NCBI GenBank assembly: GCA_963809345.1
Contig: CAWEJF010000015.1
Location: forward strand, 96,193-160,192
DNA from: Candidatus Aminicenantes bacterium
GTDB lineage: Bacteria; Acidobacteriota; Aminicenantia; Aminicenantales; Saccharicenantaceae
DNA length: 64,000 nucleotides
Reading direction: 5' to 3'
In this document: positions 9,182-18,428 of the stretch, in pieces
Numbering within the stretch: the stretch's first letter is position 1
Layout of the letters: every line of letters starts with the position of its first letter
Made by a program: the position numbers and the translations under genes
Notes under the pieces: generated by a model
Seen by the model: only the letters and a program-made list of their open reading frames with translations
The model's database searches: none
Told to the model about the DNA's origin: nothing

Positions 9182-9994
9182 TCAGAGCCTCCGGATGTTC
9201 ATGCCGCCGCTGACCTCGATGACCGCGCCCGTCGAATAGCCGAGGTCGCCCCTGGCGAGGGCGGCCACGGCCCGGCCGACGTCCTCCGGCAGGCCCCACC
9301 GGCCCTGCGGGACGAGCCCCTCGGCGATAAGCTTGTCGTATTTCTTTTTGACCCCCGCTGTCATGTCCGTGGCGATGATGCCGGGCCGGACCTCGAAGAC
9401 GCCGATCCCCTTGGCGGACAGGGCGTCGGCGAAGAGCGTCGCGGTCATGCTCAGGGCCGCCTTGGACACGCAGTACTCGGGCCGCGAGACCGACGATACC
9501 GAGGCCGAAATGGAGGTGATGAACACGATGGCCGGCCGGATGCCGTCGCGCCGCGGTTTCTGCCCGGTCATCCTTTTCGCCGCGTTCTGGGTCAGGAAGA
9601 ACGGCCCCCGGGCGTTCGTCGACATGAGCCGGTCGTAGCTCCGCGCCGTCGTCTCGAGGATGTCGAGGCGCGCAAGCGGGCCGACGCCGGCGTTGTTGAC
9701 CAGGACGTCGATGCGGCCGCAGACCCCCACGGCCGCGTCGAGCATCCGGTCGTGGTCCTCGAGCCGGGAGATGTCGCCCGCGACGGGCAGGAACCTGCCC
9801 CCGAACTCCCGGACCCTCTCCTTGACCTCGAAGAGCCCCTTCCTCTTGTTCTCCGGCTCGAAGACGATGTCGATGCCGACGACGTCGAAGCCGTCCCGGG
9901 CCAGGGCGAGGACGATCCCCCGGCCGATGCCCTGACCGGCCCCGGTGACCACCGCGACGGGCGCGGACCCGCGTGATTTCTTGGCCAAGCTCAT
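9182..9994 (-). CDS. short-chain dehydrogenase/reductase (SDR)
   Basis: TGAGQGIGRG cofactor motif and YCVSK (YxxxK). ATG at 9994 overlaps the upstream stop (ATGA). Confidence 0.9.
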   Translation of the reverse strand: MSLAKKSRGSAPVAVVTGAGQGIGRGIVLALARDGFDVVGIDIVFEPENKRKGLFEVKERVREFGGRFLPVAGDISRLEDHDRMLDAAVGVCGRIDVLVNNAGVGPLARLDILETTARSYDRLMSTNARGPFFLTQNAAKRMTGQKPRRDGIRPAIVFITSISASVSSVSRPEYCVSKAALSMTATLFADALSAKGIGVFEVRPGIIATDMTAGVKKKYDKLIAEGLVPQGRWGLPEDVGRAVAALARGDLGYSTGAVIEVSGGMNIRRL

Positions 9995-12009
9995 TCCTCC
10001 TCGACGACGATCCGGTCTTCGCGAAAATCGCCCCAGACGGTTTCGAACCAGCCCCCGGGCCTGGGTACGGGACGGACGGGGACCCAGCTCTTGCGGACGC
10101 GGCCGTTCCCGTCCATCACGACCTCGAGGATATTGTCCGTGGCGAGGTCTTCGGGAGCGGAGAGCGAGAAGGCCCAGCGGCGGCCGAGAAGCGGGTGCGG
10201 CGGCTTGCCGGCGGCATCGGGAACGAGAGAGGAGCCCCGGCTCTTCCCGCCTCGCTCGAGATACTCGCCGATCGCCTCGAGATAGACCGCGTGGGTCAGG
10301 GCGAGGTCCAGGGCCTTGAACCCGAGGGGCAGATCGCGGGCGGAAGTGACGCGGATCTCGCGCTGCGCTCTCCGCCACAGCTCCCGGGCCCGGCCCTTTT
10401 CGGCGCTGACCGACTTCGGGTCCCGGACGGCCGCGCCGCACCCGGACATCCTCCGCCGCACCTCCGCGACGCATTCTTCCGGTGTCATGCCGCCGCCTTT
10501 CTTGCGGTCGAGCATGCGCGAGGCCAGATCCCATTTCTCGCGAAGGATCTCCCTCGACGCGCGGACGAACTCGGCCATGGCCAGCGGCCGTGTCGCGCGC
10601 CGGCGGGCGATGAAGAGGGCCGCCCGGGCGCTCCCGACTTGACCGGCGTTGAGGGCCGAGCCGCCGGGCCTGGTCACCCCATGCGTGCCGCAGAGCTCGC
10701 CGACGGGGAACAGGCCGCGCACGTTCGATTCCCACCAGATCGAACCGCGGAAGCCGCCGTTGTTGTGCTGGGCGCAGACGGCGATCTCCAGAGGCTCGCG
10801 GGCGAGGTCGATCCCATGGGACTTGTAGAGCTCGCCGGCCGGAGCGTTCATCCTCTTGAGCCGGGCAATCGGGGAGGCCATGAGCGCGCCCGAACGTTCG
10901 AGATAGCCGTGGGCCTCCGGCGCGAGCTGGCCCGGCTCGAACGGCGCGAGCCGGCCGTCGCCGCAAGGGTCGCGGCGGAAATCGAGGAAGACGCGGCGGC
11001 CCTTGACCACGGTCTCCTCGTAGACGAGGAGATCGATGAGCGACGAGCCGCCGTCGGCGGCCTGGCGCGGGTCGAACGGCCACTGGTAGCCTTTGAGAAA
11101 GACCGCCGTGGCCAGCGCCCCCATATCGGGGAAGAAGTCGTTGAGGAATTCCCGCTCGTCACCGCCGCGCGCGTCGGTAGAGATATAGCGGGGCACGGCC
11201 TGCTGGTAGGTACCGGACACGTTCCAGCGGAATTTCACGGAGGCCAGGCCGAACTGGGATTCGGTCAGGTTGTGCGCGACGGCCCCGGCTTCGAAGAGCA
11301 GTCCGTGCGATCCTGTTTGACTTTCGGGATAGACCGAATGCGCGTACATCCCGCCGGGTCCGCCGGTCGCCGCGACGACGTTCACGGCATTGAAGAGGGC
11401 GAACCCCCGCCCCTCGCCGCCGAGCTTTCTCTTATCGAGGGCCAGGACCCCGATCGTCCTTTTGGCCGCGCCCCGGCCGGCCGTGAGCAGCGCGATGGCC
11501 TCGTGACCGTCGAAAACGCGGATCCTTCGCCGCCGGACCTCCGCGGCCAGGGCCTCGAACATGAGCTTCGACGTCAGCGGCCCCGCCGACGTTGCCCGCT
11601 GGCGCGGGTCGTGGTCGGTCTTGTAGCCGACATACGCGCCGTAGCGGTCGTGGGGGAAGGGGACGCCCAACCCGACGAGATGGAAGAAGGCTTCGAGCGA
11701 GCCCTGGGCTTCGGCGAGGGCGATGTCGCCGTGCATGGAGCCGCCGGCGGCCAGATCGCGGGCCATGTCGTAGGCGGAGTCGGGAAGGTCGCCGGCGAGG
11801 GAGAGCTTATAGTAGGTCTGTTTGTCGGACCCGGAGTTGGCTGACGTGCCCGCCCCGAGCCGGTCGGTCATGACGGCGATATCGGTCTGGCCGTATTCGT
11901 GGAGGCGGACGGCGGCGTTGAGCCCGGCCGCGCCGCTGCCGATGATGAGCGTGTTCAGGGAATGGAGCGGGAACGCGCGCCCGCCGATCGCCGGCCGGCC
12001 CGTCTTCAT
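9991..12009 (-). CDS. FAD-dependent oxidoreductase (succinate dehydrogenase / fumarate reductase / aspartate oxidase flavoprotein-like)
   Basis: IIGSGAAGLNAA dinucleotide fold. C-terminal FPVGELCGTHGVTRPGGSALNAGQV is typical of this flavoprotein family. Confidence 0.85.
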   Translation of the reverse strand: MKTGRPAIGGRAFPLHSLNTLIIGSGAAGLNAAVRLHEYGQTDIAVMTDRLGAGTSANSGSDKQTYYKLSLAGDLPDSAYDMARDLAAGGSMHGDIALAEAQGSLEAFFHLVGLGVPFPHDRYGAYVGYKTDHDPRQRATSAGPLTSKLMFEALAAEVRRRRIRVFDGHEAIALLTAGRGAAKRTIGVLALDKRKLGGEGRGFALFNAVNVVAATGGPGGMYAHSVYPESQTGSHGLLFEAGAVAHNLTESQFGLASVKFRWNVSGTYQQAVPRYISTDARGGDEREFLNDFFPDMGALATAVFLKGYQWPFDPRQAADGGSSLIDLLVYEETVVKGRRVFLDFRRDPCGDGRLAPFEPGQLAPEAHGYLERSGALMASPIARLKRMNAPAGELYKSHGIDLAREPLEIAVCAQHNNGGFRGSIWWESNVRGLFPVGELCGTHGVTRPGGSALNAGQVGSARAALFIARRRATRPLAMAEFVRASREILREKWDLASRMLDRKKGGGMTPEECVAEVRRRMSGCGAAVRDPKSVSAEKGRARELWRRAQREIRVTSARDLPLGFKALDLALTHAVYLEAIGEYLERGGKSRGSSLVPDAAGKPPHPLLGRRWAFSLSAPEDLATDNILEVVMDGNGRVRKSWVPVRPVPRPGGWFETVWGDFREDRIVVEEE

Positions 12010-13034
12010 CGGGCCGGGCGTCCTTTAAGCCCCCTCACGGCTAGAGCCGCGAAGGTCGCCAGAAACACGAGCCCGAACACGATCCAGGCGTCGGCGGCGA
12101 GGAAGAGCACGGCATAGACATAGATCAGGAGAAAGCCGAAATAGATCCACCAACGCTTTTTGAAGATGAGGAAGCCGATGACGCCGAGGGCGAGGGCCGT
12201 GAAGCCTGCGAGCGCCGCCTGCACATCGGCCGTTTCCCGCAAGATGAGGACGGCGTACGCGGCGGGAAGGAGGAGCCAGAAGCGCTTCCTCCCTTTCGAA
12301 GCGATGATGAGGGCCGAGCCGAGCGCGGCGGCCGCGAAGCCCGCGATCGCCAGGGCCCGGAGCCAGCCCGGCGGCCCCGGCCGGCCTTCGGCCAGCCTCT
12401 TGATCTCCGTCATCATCTTCTTTTCCATGACGAAGTGGACCGGGTCGAGGAGCCAGAAGCCGAAGAGCTTCCCGACGACGCCGGGGAGGGGCTCGCCCCG
12501 GCTCCGGACGAGGAACCGTGTCCAGACGGTACCGGCCGGCTCGAGGGCGAAGGTGCCCCATTTCTTCAGCGTCATCGACTGGCCCGGGGCGACGAACGGG
12601 ACCTTCCAGCCGGTCGATCCTTCCTTATCTTTAAAGAGGCCGAACAAGATGTAGCCGGGCTTGGCGGCGCGGACAGTATCCTTGGGCTCGCGGACCTGCC
12701 ACTCCGGCCGGATCTCGAGCGTGTTGTGGATGTCGGCGAAGACGAGGTTCTCGAGCCAGGCGTAGCTGTAGAAGCCCGCCCGGTCCTGACCGAGCTGGAC
12801 GAGCCAGGGCCAGACCTTCTCCGGCGGCGCCTCGATCGTGACAGCGCGGGTGCCGGAGACCGCGCCCCCGATCCAGGCGTCGTCGCCGAGGAGAGGACGC
12901 GTCTGATCTTTTCCAGGCGCCCCCCAGCGGAGGAACCAGGGACGGACGAGGAAGCTATACGAGGCGATCGCGGCGAGGATGACGAGGAACGCGGAGATCG
13001 TCACGACGAGCCCGGACCGTTCGGCTTTGTTCAT
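12006..13034 (-). CDS. membrane-anchored SRPBCC (START/Bet v1-like) domain protein
   Basis: Start at MNKAERSGLVVTISAFLVILAAIA. VTIEAPPEKVWPWLVQLGQDRAGFYSY is typical SRPBCC. C-terminal TM helices. 4-nt overlap with the next gene. Confidence 0.65.
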   Translation of the reverse strand: MNKAERSGLVVTISAFLVILAAIASYSFLVRPWFLRWGAPGKDQTRPLLGDDAWIGGAVSGTRAVTIEAPPEKVWPWLVQLGQDRAGFYSYAWLENLVFADIHNTLEIRPEWQVREPKDTVRAAKPGYILFGLFKDKEGSTGWKVPFVAPGQSMTLKKWGTFALEPAGTVWTRFLVRSRGEPLPGVVGKLFGFWLLDPVHFVMEKKMMTEIKRLAEGRPGPPGWLRALAIAGFAAAALGSALIIASKGRKRFWLLLPAAYAVLILRETADVQAALAGFTALALGVIGFLIFKKRWWIYFGFLLIYVYAVLFLAADAWIVFGLVFLATFAALAVRGLKGRPAR

Positions 13035-13036
13035 GT

Positions 13037-14371
13037 CTAGCTCCCTTCGAGGTCGGCGCCCTTGAATTCCGGGTCGCGGACGACACAGCCGACCCGTCTC
13101 TGCCGGCGGAGAAGATGCGAGCAGAGCGAACATGTCGTGCAGACCTTCCGGGTGGACAGGCGACCGCGCCTGACGAGATCGGCGGCGAAGTCCGGATAGG
13201 CGAGGGCGCCGCGGCCGAAGCCCAGCACGGCGCTCCGGCCGGCGCTGATCGTGGCCGCGGCGACGCCCGGGGCGAAGGCGCGAAGCCAGGAGTATCCGGC
13301 GCCGACGATGGCGACGCCGGGGTTGGATCTCTGCAATTCGGAGGCGACATGGAGATGCCGCGCGACGCCCTCGAGCGGGTGCTCGTTCGGGATCGGACCG
13401 CCGGGCACGGGAATATCGAAGGGCCGGCCGTAGTGCGGCTTCCAGGCCGGAACGCCGAGCGACAGCGCCAGGAAGCGGACGCCCGCCCGGGCGAGAAGGC
13501 CGATAAGGGCCTTCGTCTCGGCGAGGTCGATCCTCTCCGGCTCATCCGGGTCCATGCCGAAGCCATAAGGGAACGGGACGAGGTCCGTCGCCGAAAGCCG
13601 GCTCGTGACGAGCAGTCCCGGCGCTTCCTCGCGGACGTGCCGGACGGTCTCGAGGAGGAGCCGGGTCCTGTTCTCGAACGGGCCGCCGTAGCGGCTGTCT
13701 TCGCGGCTGTGCGCGGCCAGCGTTTCCGAGACGAGGTAGCCGTGGCAGGCCTTGATATCGACCCCGTCGAAGCCGGCGGAGGCGGCCAGGTCGGCCGCTT
13801 CCACGAGATCGTCGCGGATCTCGGCGAGCTCGGCGTCGGAGACAAGAACGGCATCGGGAGGAAGGTCATGGAGGGGGTCAAGGTGGGGGTTGTTCTGGAC
13901 GATGAGCGGCCGGGGCGTCCCGTCCGGCTTGGCGAACCGGCCCGAGTGCGTCAGCTGGAGGACCAGGAGCGGCGCGTGACCCTGGCCCCACTCCTTGGCC
14001 GCCGCGGCCCGGGTCTCATCGACGAGGCGGGCGAAGCCGCCAACCGTCCCTTCCGTGATCATGAGCTGGCCTGGGTTCGATCGCCCGTCGGCGCGGACGG
14101 CCGCGGCCTCGAACCAGATAAGGCCGGCCCCGCCGGCGGCATAGCGCCGGTACCTCCGCAGCGTCGATCCCGAGGGGGCGCCCGAGGGTTCGGCGTCGGC
14201 CCCTTCCATGGGCAGGACGGCCAACCGGTTGGGAACTTCACGGTCGCCAAGGGAGGTCTTTTCGAGGAGGATGGAGATATCGTCGCGATAGGGAATGTCG
14301 AGCCCCAGGCGTCCGGCCTGCTCGCGAAGGTCGTCCGCCGAGCGGAGCCGGAATCGCGCGTGCGGGGCCAC
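13037..14371 (-). CDS. Old Yellow Enzyme-type NADH:flavin oxidoreductase with C-terminal Cys cluster
   Basis: TIM-barrel OYE motifs (LQLTHSGR, DIKACHGYL, RYGG.FENR). C-terminal C-x2-C-x2-C-x11-C (CTTCSLCSHLLRRQRRVGC). Confidence 0.85.
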   Translation of the reverse strand: MAPHARFRLRSADDLREQAGRLGLDIPYRDDISILLEKTSLGDREVPNRLAVLPMEGADAEPSGAPSGSTLRRYRRYAAGGAGLIWFEAAAVRADGRSNPGQLMITEGTVGGFARLVDETRAAAAKEWGQGHAPLLVLQLTHSGRFAKPDGTPRPLIVQNNPHLDPLHDLPPDAVLVSDAELAEIRDDLVEAADLAASAGFDGVDIKACHGYLVSETLAAHSREDSRYGGPFENRTRLLLETVRHVREEAPGLLVTSRLSATDLVPFPYGFGMDPDEPERIDLAETKALIGLLARAGVRFLALSLGVPAWKPHYGRPFDIPVPGGPIPNEHPLEGVARHLHVASELQRSNPGVAIVGAGYSWLRAFAPGVAAATISAGRSAVLGFGRGALAYPDFAADLVRRGRLSTRKVCTTCSLCSHLLRRQRRVGCVVRDPEFKGADLEGS

Positions 14372-14377
14372 TTCCGC

Positions 14378-15373
14378 CTACTCCCGGCCGCCGCCGATGA
14401 TGCGCTTGACGGCCTGGATATCGCGCTTGACCCTGGGCTCGCAGACCGCGGGCCAGCGGTCTCTCGGCAGGACGGCGAGCTTGCCGGCCTCCATGAGGCC
14501 CCGGGTCCGGACGGCGAGCGCCTGAAGGCGGACGAGCTCGGGGACGGTGAGGTCGGGGAAGCGGGCCAGAAGATCCGGGTCGACGACCGGGATGAGGAAG
14601 TCGCCTCCGTGGTCCTCGACGGTCAAGGTGACGTGGGGATGGACCGCGGCCAGCGATTCGAAGATCGCCGCCAGATCGATGACGCCCTTTCCCGCCTCGG
14701 CCGTGAACGAAACGAAGCCGTCAGGCGTCAGCATCAGGCCGCCGTCCTTGATGTGGGTCGTCACGACCCAGGGCATGAGCCGGCGGGTCGCCAGGACCGG
14801 GTCCTCGAGCATGGTCAGGAGGTTCATCGTATCGAGGCAGATGCCCAGGTACTCGCCCGGGACCGCGCCGCACATCTCGAAGAGCCGGAGGAGCTCGAAC
14901 GAGGTGAACTCGAAATGGGTTTCGATGGCCAGGACGACGCCGAAATCCCGAAGCATCGGCTTCTGTTCGCGGAGGGACGCGGCCATCCTGCGGAGAATTT
15001 CTTCCGTCGCCGGGGAGTCCTTGTTCCAGCGCATCAGGCCGCCGGAACAGGACCGGATCGTGGCCGACCCCAGCTGGAGGGCCTGCCCGGCCGCCTTGCG
15101 GTTGCCGGCGAAGATGTCCTTCGGCATCCCCGAGTCGAGGTGAAAGGGGATGTGCTCGCCGCCGCCCCACTCGATATAGAGCTGGTTCTCCTCGGCGAAG
15201 CTGCGGAGCTCCTGCAGAAAGGTCTTGTCGACCGCCGTCCCGGGCGGGACGTTGACCTCGGAGAACTGGACGCCGTCGGCGCCGTTCATGACCGCCCACT
15301 CGAGGAGCTCGAACGGGGAGAGGTCGAGGGGCTTCAGGCTGTAGCTGTCGACCCCGACCTTGAGCCTTCTCAT
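14378..15373 (-). CDS. sugar phosphate isomerase/epimerase (xylose isomerase-like TIM barrel)
   Basis: ORF 14378..15394. The second ATG (15373, MRRLKVGVDSY) has the better SD spacing. VLAIETHFEF and THIKDG fit this family. Confidence 0.85.
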   Translation of the reverse strand: MRRLKVGVDSYSLKPLDLSPFELLEWAVMNGADGVQFSEVNVPPGTAVDKTFLQELRSFAEENQLYIEWGGGEHIPFHLDSGMPKDIFAGNRKAAGQALQLGSATIRSCSGGLMRWNKDSPATEEILRRMAASLREQKPMLRDFGVVLAIETHFEFTSFELLRLFEMCGAVPGEYLGICLDTMNLLTMLEDPVLATRRLMPWVVTTHIKDGGLMLTPDGFVSFTAEAGKGVIDLAAIFESLAAVHPHVTLTVEDHGGDFLIPVVDPDLLARFPDLTVPELVRLQALAVRTRGLMEAGKLAVLPRDRWPAVCEPRVKRDIQAVKRIIGGGRE

Positions 15374-15471
15374 AATCCCGGACCTCGGCCTCATTCTATC
15401 AGTTATTAGGGTCCCTTGAACAGGTCTTCCCGGCTTGAAAAACGGGGGGCCTTGGGATATCCTACCGCCTT

Positions 15472-16179
15472 ATGAAAAGGACGCTCGCGGCCCTCGCCCT
15501 GGTCATGGCCCTGGTTCCGGCGACGGCCCGGTCCCAGTCGTCCATCGTCGGCCAGATCGCCGGGGACAAGGCCGCCAGCGAACGCCTCTATTTCAGCCTG
15601 CACTTCGGCCTGAACCTCGCTTACCTGAACGGCAGCGCCACGAACGGCAGGACCGGGGGCTTCAACGCCGGGCTTTCGGCGACGATCCGGCTGACCGAGC
15701 GGCTTTCTCTCTCGCCCGAGATCACCCTATTCTCCCGCAAGGGCATCTCCCAGATCCCCTTCGTCACGACCGGCGATCCGGCGCTCGACCCTTTCTTCGC
15801 CGACCCGGAGCAGGCGGAGCTCGCCCTTGGCTACGTCGACGTCCCTGTCATCGTCAAGTACCGGCTAGGCCGGTTCCAATTCGGTGCAGGCCCGTTCGTC
15901 AGCCTTCTCGGCTCGGCGACCGAGAGGTTCAGGGCCGAGCTCGAGTCGGGAGAAGCGCTGAGATTCGCGCGGGACGTCAAAGCCGCCTACAAATCGCGCG
16001 ACTGCGGGCTCGTCGTCGAGGGGGCCTGGACGCTCACCAAGCCGCGGCGGGGGATGGGCCTGGTCTTTCACTTTCGGTACCAGGCGGGACTTATCGACGT
16101 CCTCGAGGACCCCGCCGCCCCCCGGCCGGTCCGGAACTCAGTGTTCCAGGTGGCCATGAGCTTTCCGTTCGTTCGCTGA
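15472..16179 (+). CDS. outer-membrane beta-barrel protein (porin-like / PorT-type)
   Basis: Signal peptide MKRTLAALALVMALVPATARS. Alternating beta-strand pattern. C-terminal aromatic end ...AMSFPFVR. Confidence 0.7.
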   Translation: MKRTLAALALVMALVPATARSQSSIVGQIAGDKAASERLYFSLHFGLNLAYLNGSATNGRTGGFNAGLSATIRLTERLSLSPEITLFSRKGISQIPFVTTGDPALDPFFADPEQAELALGYVDVPVIVKYRLGRFQFGAGPFVSLLGSATERFRAELESGEALRFARDVKAAYKSRDCGLVVEGAWTLTKPRRGMGLVFHFRYQAGLIDVLEDPAAPRPVRNSVFQVAMSFPFVR

Positions 16180-16222
16180 TAGTGGCCGCGAGGGCCGCGC
16201 ATTTTTCGTGAGGAGAGTCGAG

Positions 16223-16855
16223 ATGCTCAAAGAGATGCAGGAAGCCCTGATCGCCGGGAAGAAGGCCGATGTCGAAGTCCTCGTCGACAAGACCCTGGCC
16301 GCCGGCATGCCGGCGGAAACGATCCTGAACGAGGGGCTCATCCCGGGGATGGAACGTCTCGGCGTCCTGTTCAAGAACAACGAGGTCTTCATCCCCGAGG
16401 TCCTCGTCGCCGCCCGGGCCATGAACGCCGGGCTGGCCAAGCTCGAGCCCCATCTCGCCAAGGCCGGGGTCAAGCCCCGCGGCATCGTCGTCATCGGGAC
16501 GGTCAAGGGCGACCTCCACGACATCGGCAAGAACCTTGTGGCCATGATGCTCCGCGGCAACGGTTACAAGATCGTCGACCTCGGCGTCGACGTCTCGCCG
16601 GACAAGTATCTCGAAGCCGCCAAATCAAGCGGGGCGGGAGTCATCGCCCTGTCCGCCCTGCTGACGACGACGATGGTCCAGATGAAGGCCGTGGTCGAGG
16701 CCGTCGAGAAGTCCGGGCTCAAGATCCCGGTCGTCATCGGCGGGGCTCCCGTCACCCGCGACTACGCCGACCAGATCCGCGCCCGCGGCTACGCTCCCGA
16801 CGCCGCGTCGGCGGTCGAGGAGATCGGGCGGATCATCGTTGCGTCGGCGGGCTAG
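16223..16855 (+). CDS. cobalamin-binding corrinoid protein (methyltransferase cognate type)
   Basis: AGGAGA then ATG 16223 (the ORF opens at GTG 16208). B12-binding signature D-x-H-x2-G (GDLHDIGKN), SALLTTT and VVIGGAP. N-terminal helical cap. Confidence 0.85.
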   Translation: MLKEMQEALIAGKKADVEVLVDKTLAAGMPAETILNEGLIPGMERLGVLFKNNEVFIPEVLVAARAMNAGLAKLEPHLAKAGVKPRGIVVIGTVKGDLHDIGKNLVAMMLRGNGYKIVDLGVDVSPDKYLEAAKSSGAGVIALSALLTTTMVQMKAVVEAVEKSGLKIPVVIGGAPVTRDYADQIRARGYAPDAASAVEEIGRIIVASAG

Positions 16856-17769
16856 AACGGCATCGAGGCCAGGTAGGCCCCGACGAAGGCCAGCACGACC
16901 GCCAGGATCTTCCAACCCGTCAAGCGTTCCTTGAGAAATATCGCGGCGATGATGACGATGAAGATCGTATTGAGCTGATTGAGGATGGCGGCGACCGACG
17001 CCTTGGCGTACTTCATGCCTCCCATCCACAGGATGAGCGAGAGGTAGGAGCCGAAGAACGCCGCGGGGACGAGGGCCTTCCAGTTGCGGCTCTCGAGGAG
17101 CGGGGCGAGGATGGCCCGCCGGTTCTTGAGGAAAGGGACGAGGATGGTGAGGGCGAGCGCGCCGCCGGCGATGCGGACGAAGGTCGCCCAGAAAACCGAG
17201 ACCGAGCCCAGGATGGGCTTGACCATGACGATGCCGAAGGCGACGAAGAACATGGCCAGAATGCCGTAAAGGATGCCGGCGGCGAGGTCCTTTCGGTCGA
17301 GCTTCTCGATCTTCCCTTCCTTTGAGAGCGTCAGGACGGCGGACACGACGAGGGCGGCTCCCACGAGCTGGATGAGCGTCAGCCGCTCGCCGAGGAGGAG
17401 GAAGGACAGGCCGATGACGAACGGCGTGTAGAAGCAATCGACGATGGCGGTCAAGCCGGCTCCGAGCTTGTTGAGGGCATAAAAGAAGAGCGTGTCCGAG
17501 ACGGCGATGCCGAGGATGCCGCTGAGGAGGAGCAGGCCGACGGTGGAGGCCGGGACGGCCGGCGCCAGCGGCTCGCCCAGGACGGCGAGGGTCGGGACCA
17601 TGATCACGAGCGCTAAGACGCATTTGGCCAGGTTCAGGCCGATCGGGTGGACACGCCGGCCGCTGATCCGAAACAGGATGACGGCGATGGCCCAGACGAG
17701 CCCCGAGGCCAAGGCGAGGATCTCGCCGAGCGAGCGTGAGTCCGTCAGGGCGTCGAACATGGAAGTCAT
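16852..17769 (-). CDS. EamA/DMT family transporter
   Basis: Ten-TM pattern with two EamA-like halves. The ORF opens at 17802; ATG 17769 (MTSMFDAL) was chosen. Confidence 0.85.
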   Translation of the reverse strand: MTSMFDALTDSRSLGEILALASGLVWAIAVILFRISGRRVHPIGLNLAKCVLALVIMVPTLAVLGEPLAPAVPASTVGLLLLSGILGIAVSDTLFFYALNKLGAGLTAIVDCFYTPFVIGLSFLLLGERLTLIQLVGAALVVSAVLTLSKEGKIEKLDRKDLAAGILYGILAMFFVAFGIVMVKPILGSVSVFWATFVRIAGGALALTILVPFLKNRRAILAPLLESRNWKALVPAAFFGSYLSLILWMGGMKYAKASVAAILNQLNTIFIVIIAAIFLKERLTGWKILAVVLAFVGAYLASMPF

Positions 17770-17859
17770 CGTATAGCAGAGACGCCCTGGCGCGTCAATC
17801 AAAAGGCCGGCCGCCCCGCTTGGGAGGCTCCCCGGCCAGCGTGGAACGGTTCGGGGGGG

Positions 17860-17924
17860 TCACCCCTAGGGGTGAGACAAACCATCAAGATATCACCCCA
17901 ATAATAGCCCTTAGGGGTGATATC
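17860..17924. promoter_or_regulatory. two inverted repeats sharing TCACCCC/GGGGTGA half-sites
   Basis: TCACCCCTAGGGGTGA is a perfect 16-nt palindrome (17860-17875). GATATCACCCC (17889-17899) and GGGGTGATATC (17914-17924) form 11-bp arms with a 14-nt spacer. Both sit in the divergent region between the EamA gene and the PEP-CTERM gene. Confidence 0.45.
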
Positions 17925-18014
17925 CGGGGATGAGGAGGCCCCCTATGCTAGTGACGTAAGGCAAAGCCAGATGGGTGCATCTGAAAAATGGAAACGGAAA
18001 GAAGAGGCCTGGTC

Positions 18015-18245
18015 ATGAAAAGAGCCGTCAGCATCTTCAGCGCTTCGATGATCGGAGCGTCCATCCTGCTCTGGGGCGCGGCGTCGGCCGCGAGCGCTTC
18101 TGACTTCGGGCCCCGCCGCGATCGGGGCAGGGCCAGGGGCCAGCAAAACTACTCGGTCGCAGAACCCGCCTCGATCGTCCTGCTCGGGGCCGGGCTGGTG
18201 GGGCTCGGCCTGTATGCCAAGCTGAAGCGCGGCAAGAAGCGGTAA
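18015..18245 (+). CDS. very small PEP-CTERM sorting-signal protein
   Basis: ORF 17988..18245, with ATG 18015 preferred. Signal peptide ...WGAASAASA, a ~20-aa Arg-rich core, then SVAEP + ASIVLLGAGLVGLGLYA + KLKRGKKR (PEP-CTERM architecture). Confidence 0.7.
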   Translation: MKRAVSIFSASMIGASILLWGAASAASASDFGPRRDRGRARGQQNYSVAEPASIVLLGAGLVGLGLYAKLKRGKKR

Positions 18246-18428
18246 GCGTCCGGCCCTGACGTATCTCCTAATCCTCACCTGCAAGCCCCCTTTAGATTCG
18301 ATCCTCGACCCCAGCCGTTCCAGGTAGACCTCTTTTCGCCCGGCGGCCCTCCCATATTTCCGCGAATTTTTGGAGCGATTGACCGGCGTCGCGGGGGCGT
18401 GCTATAAACGGCCGGGAGGAGACGCGCG

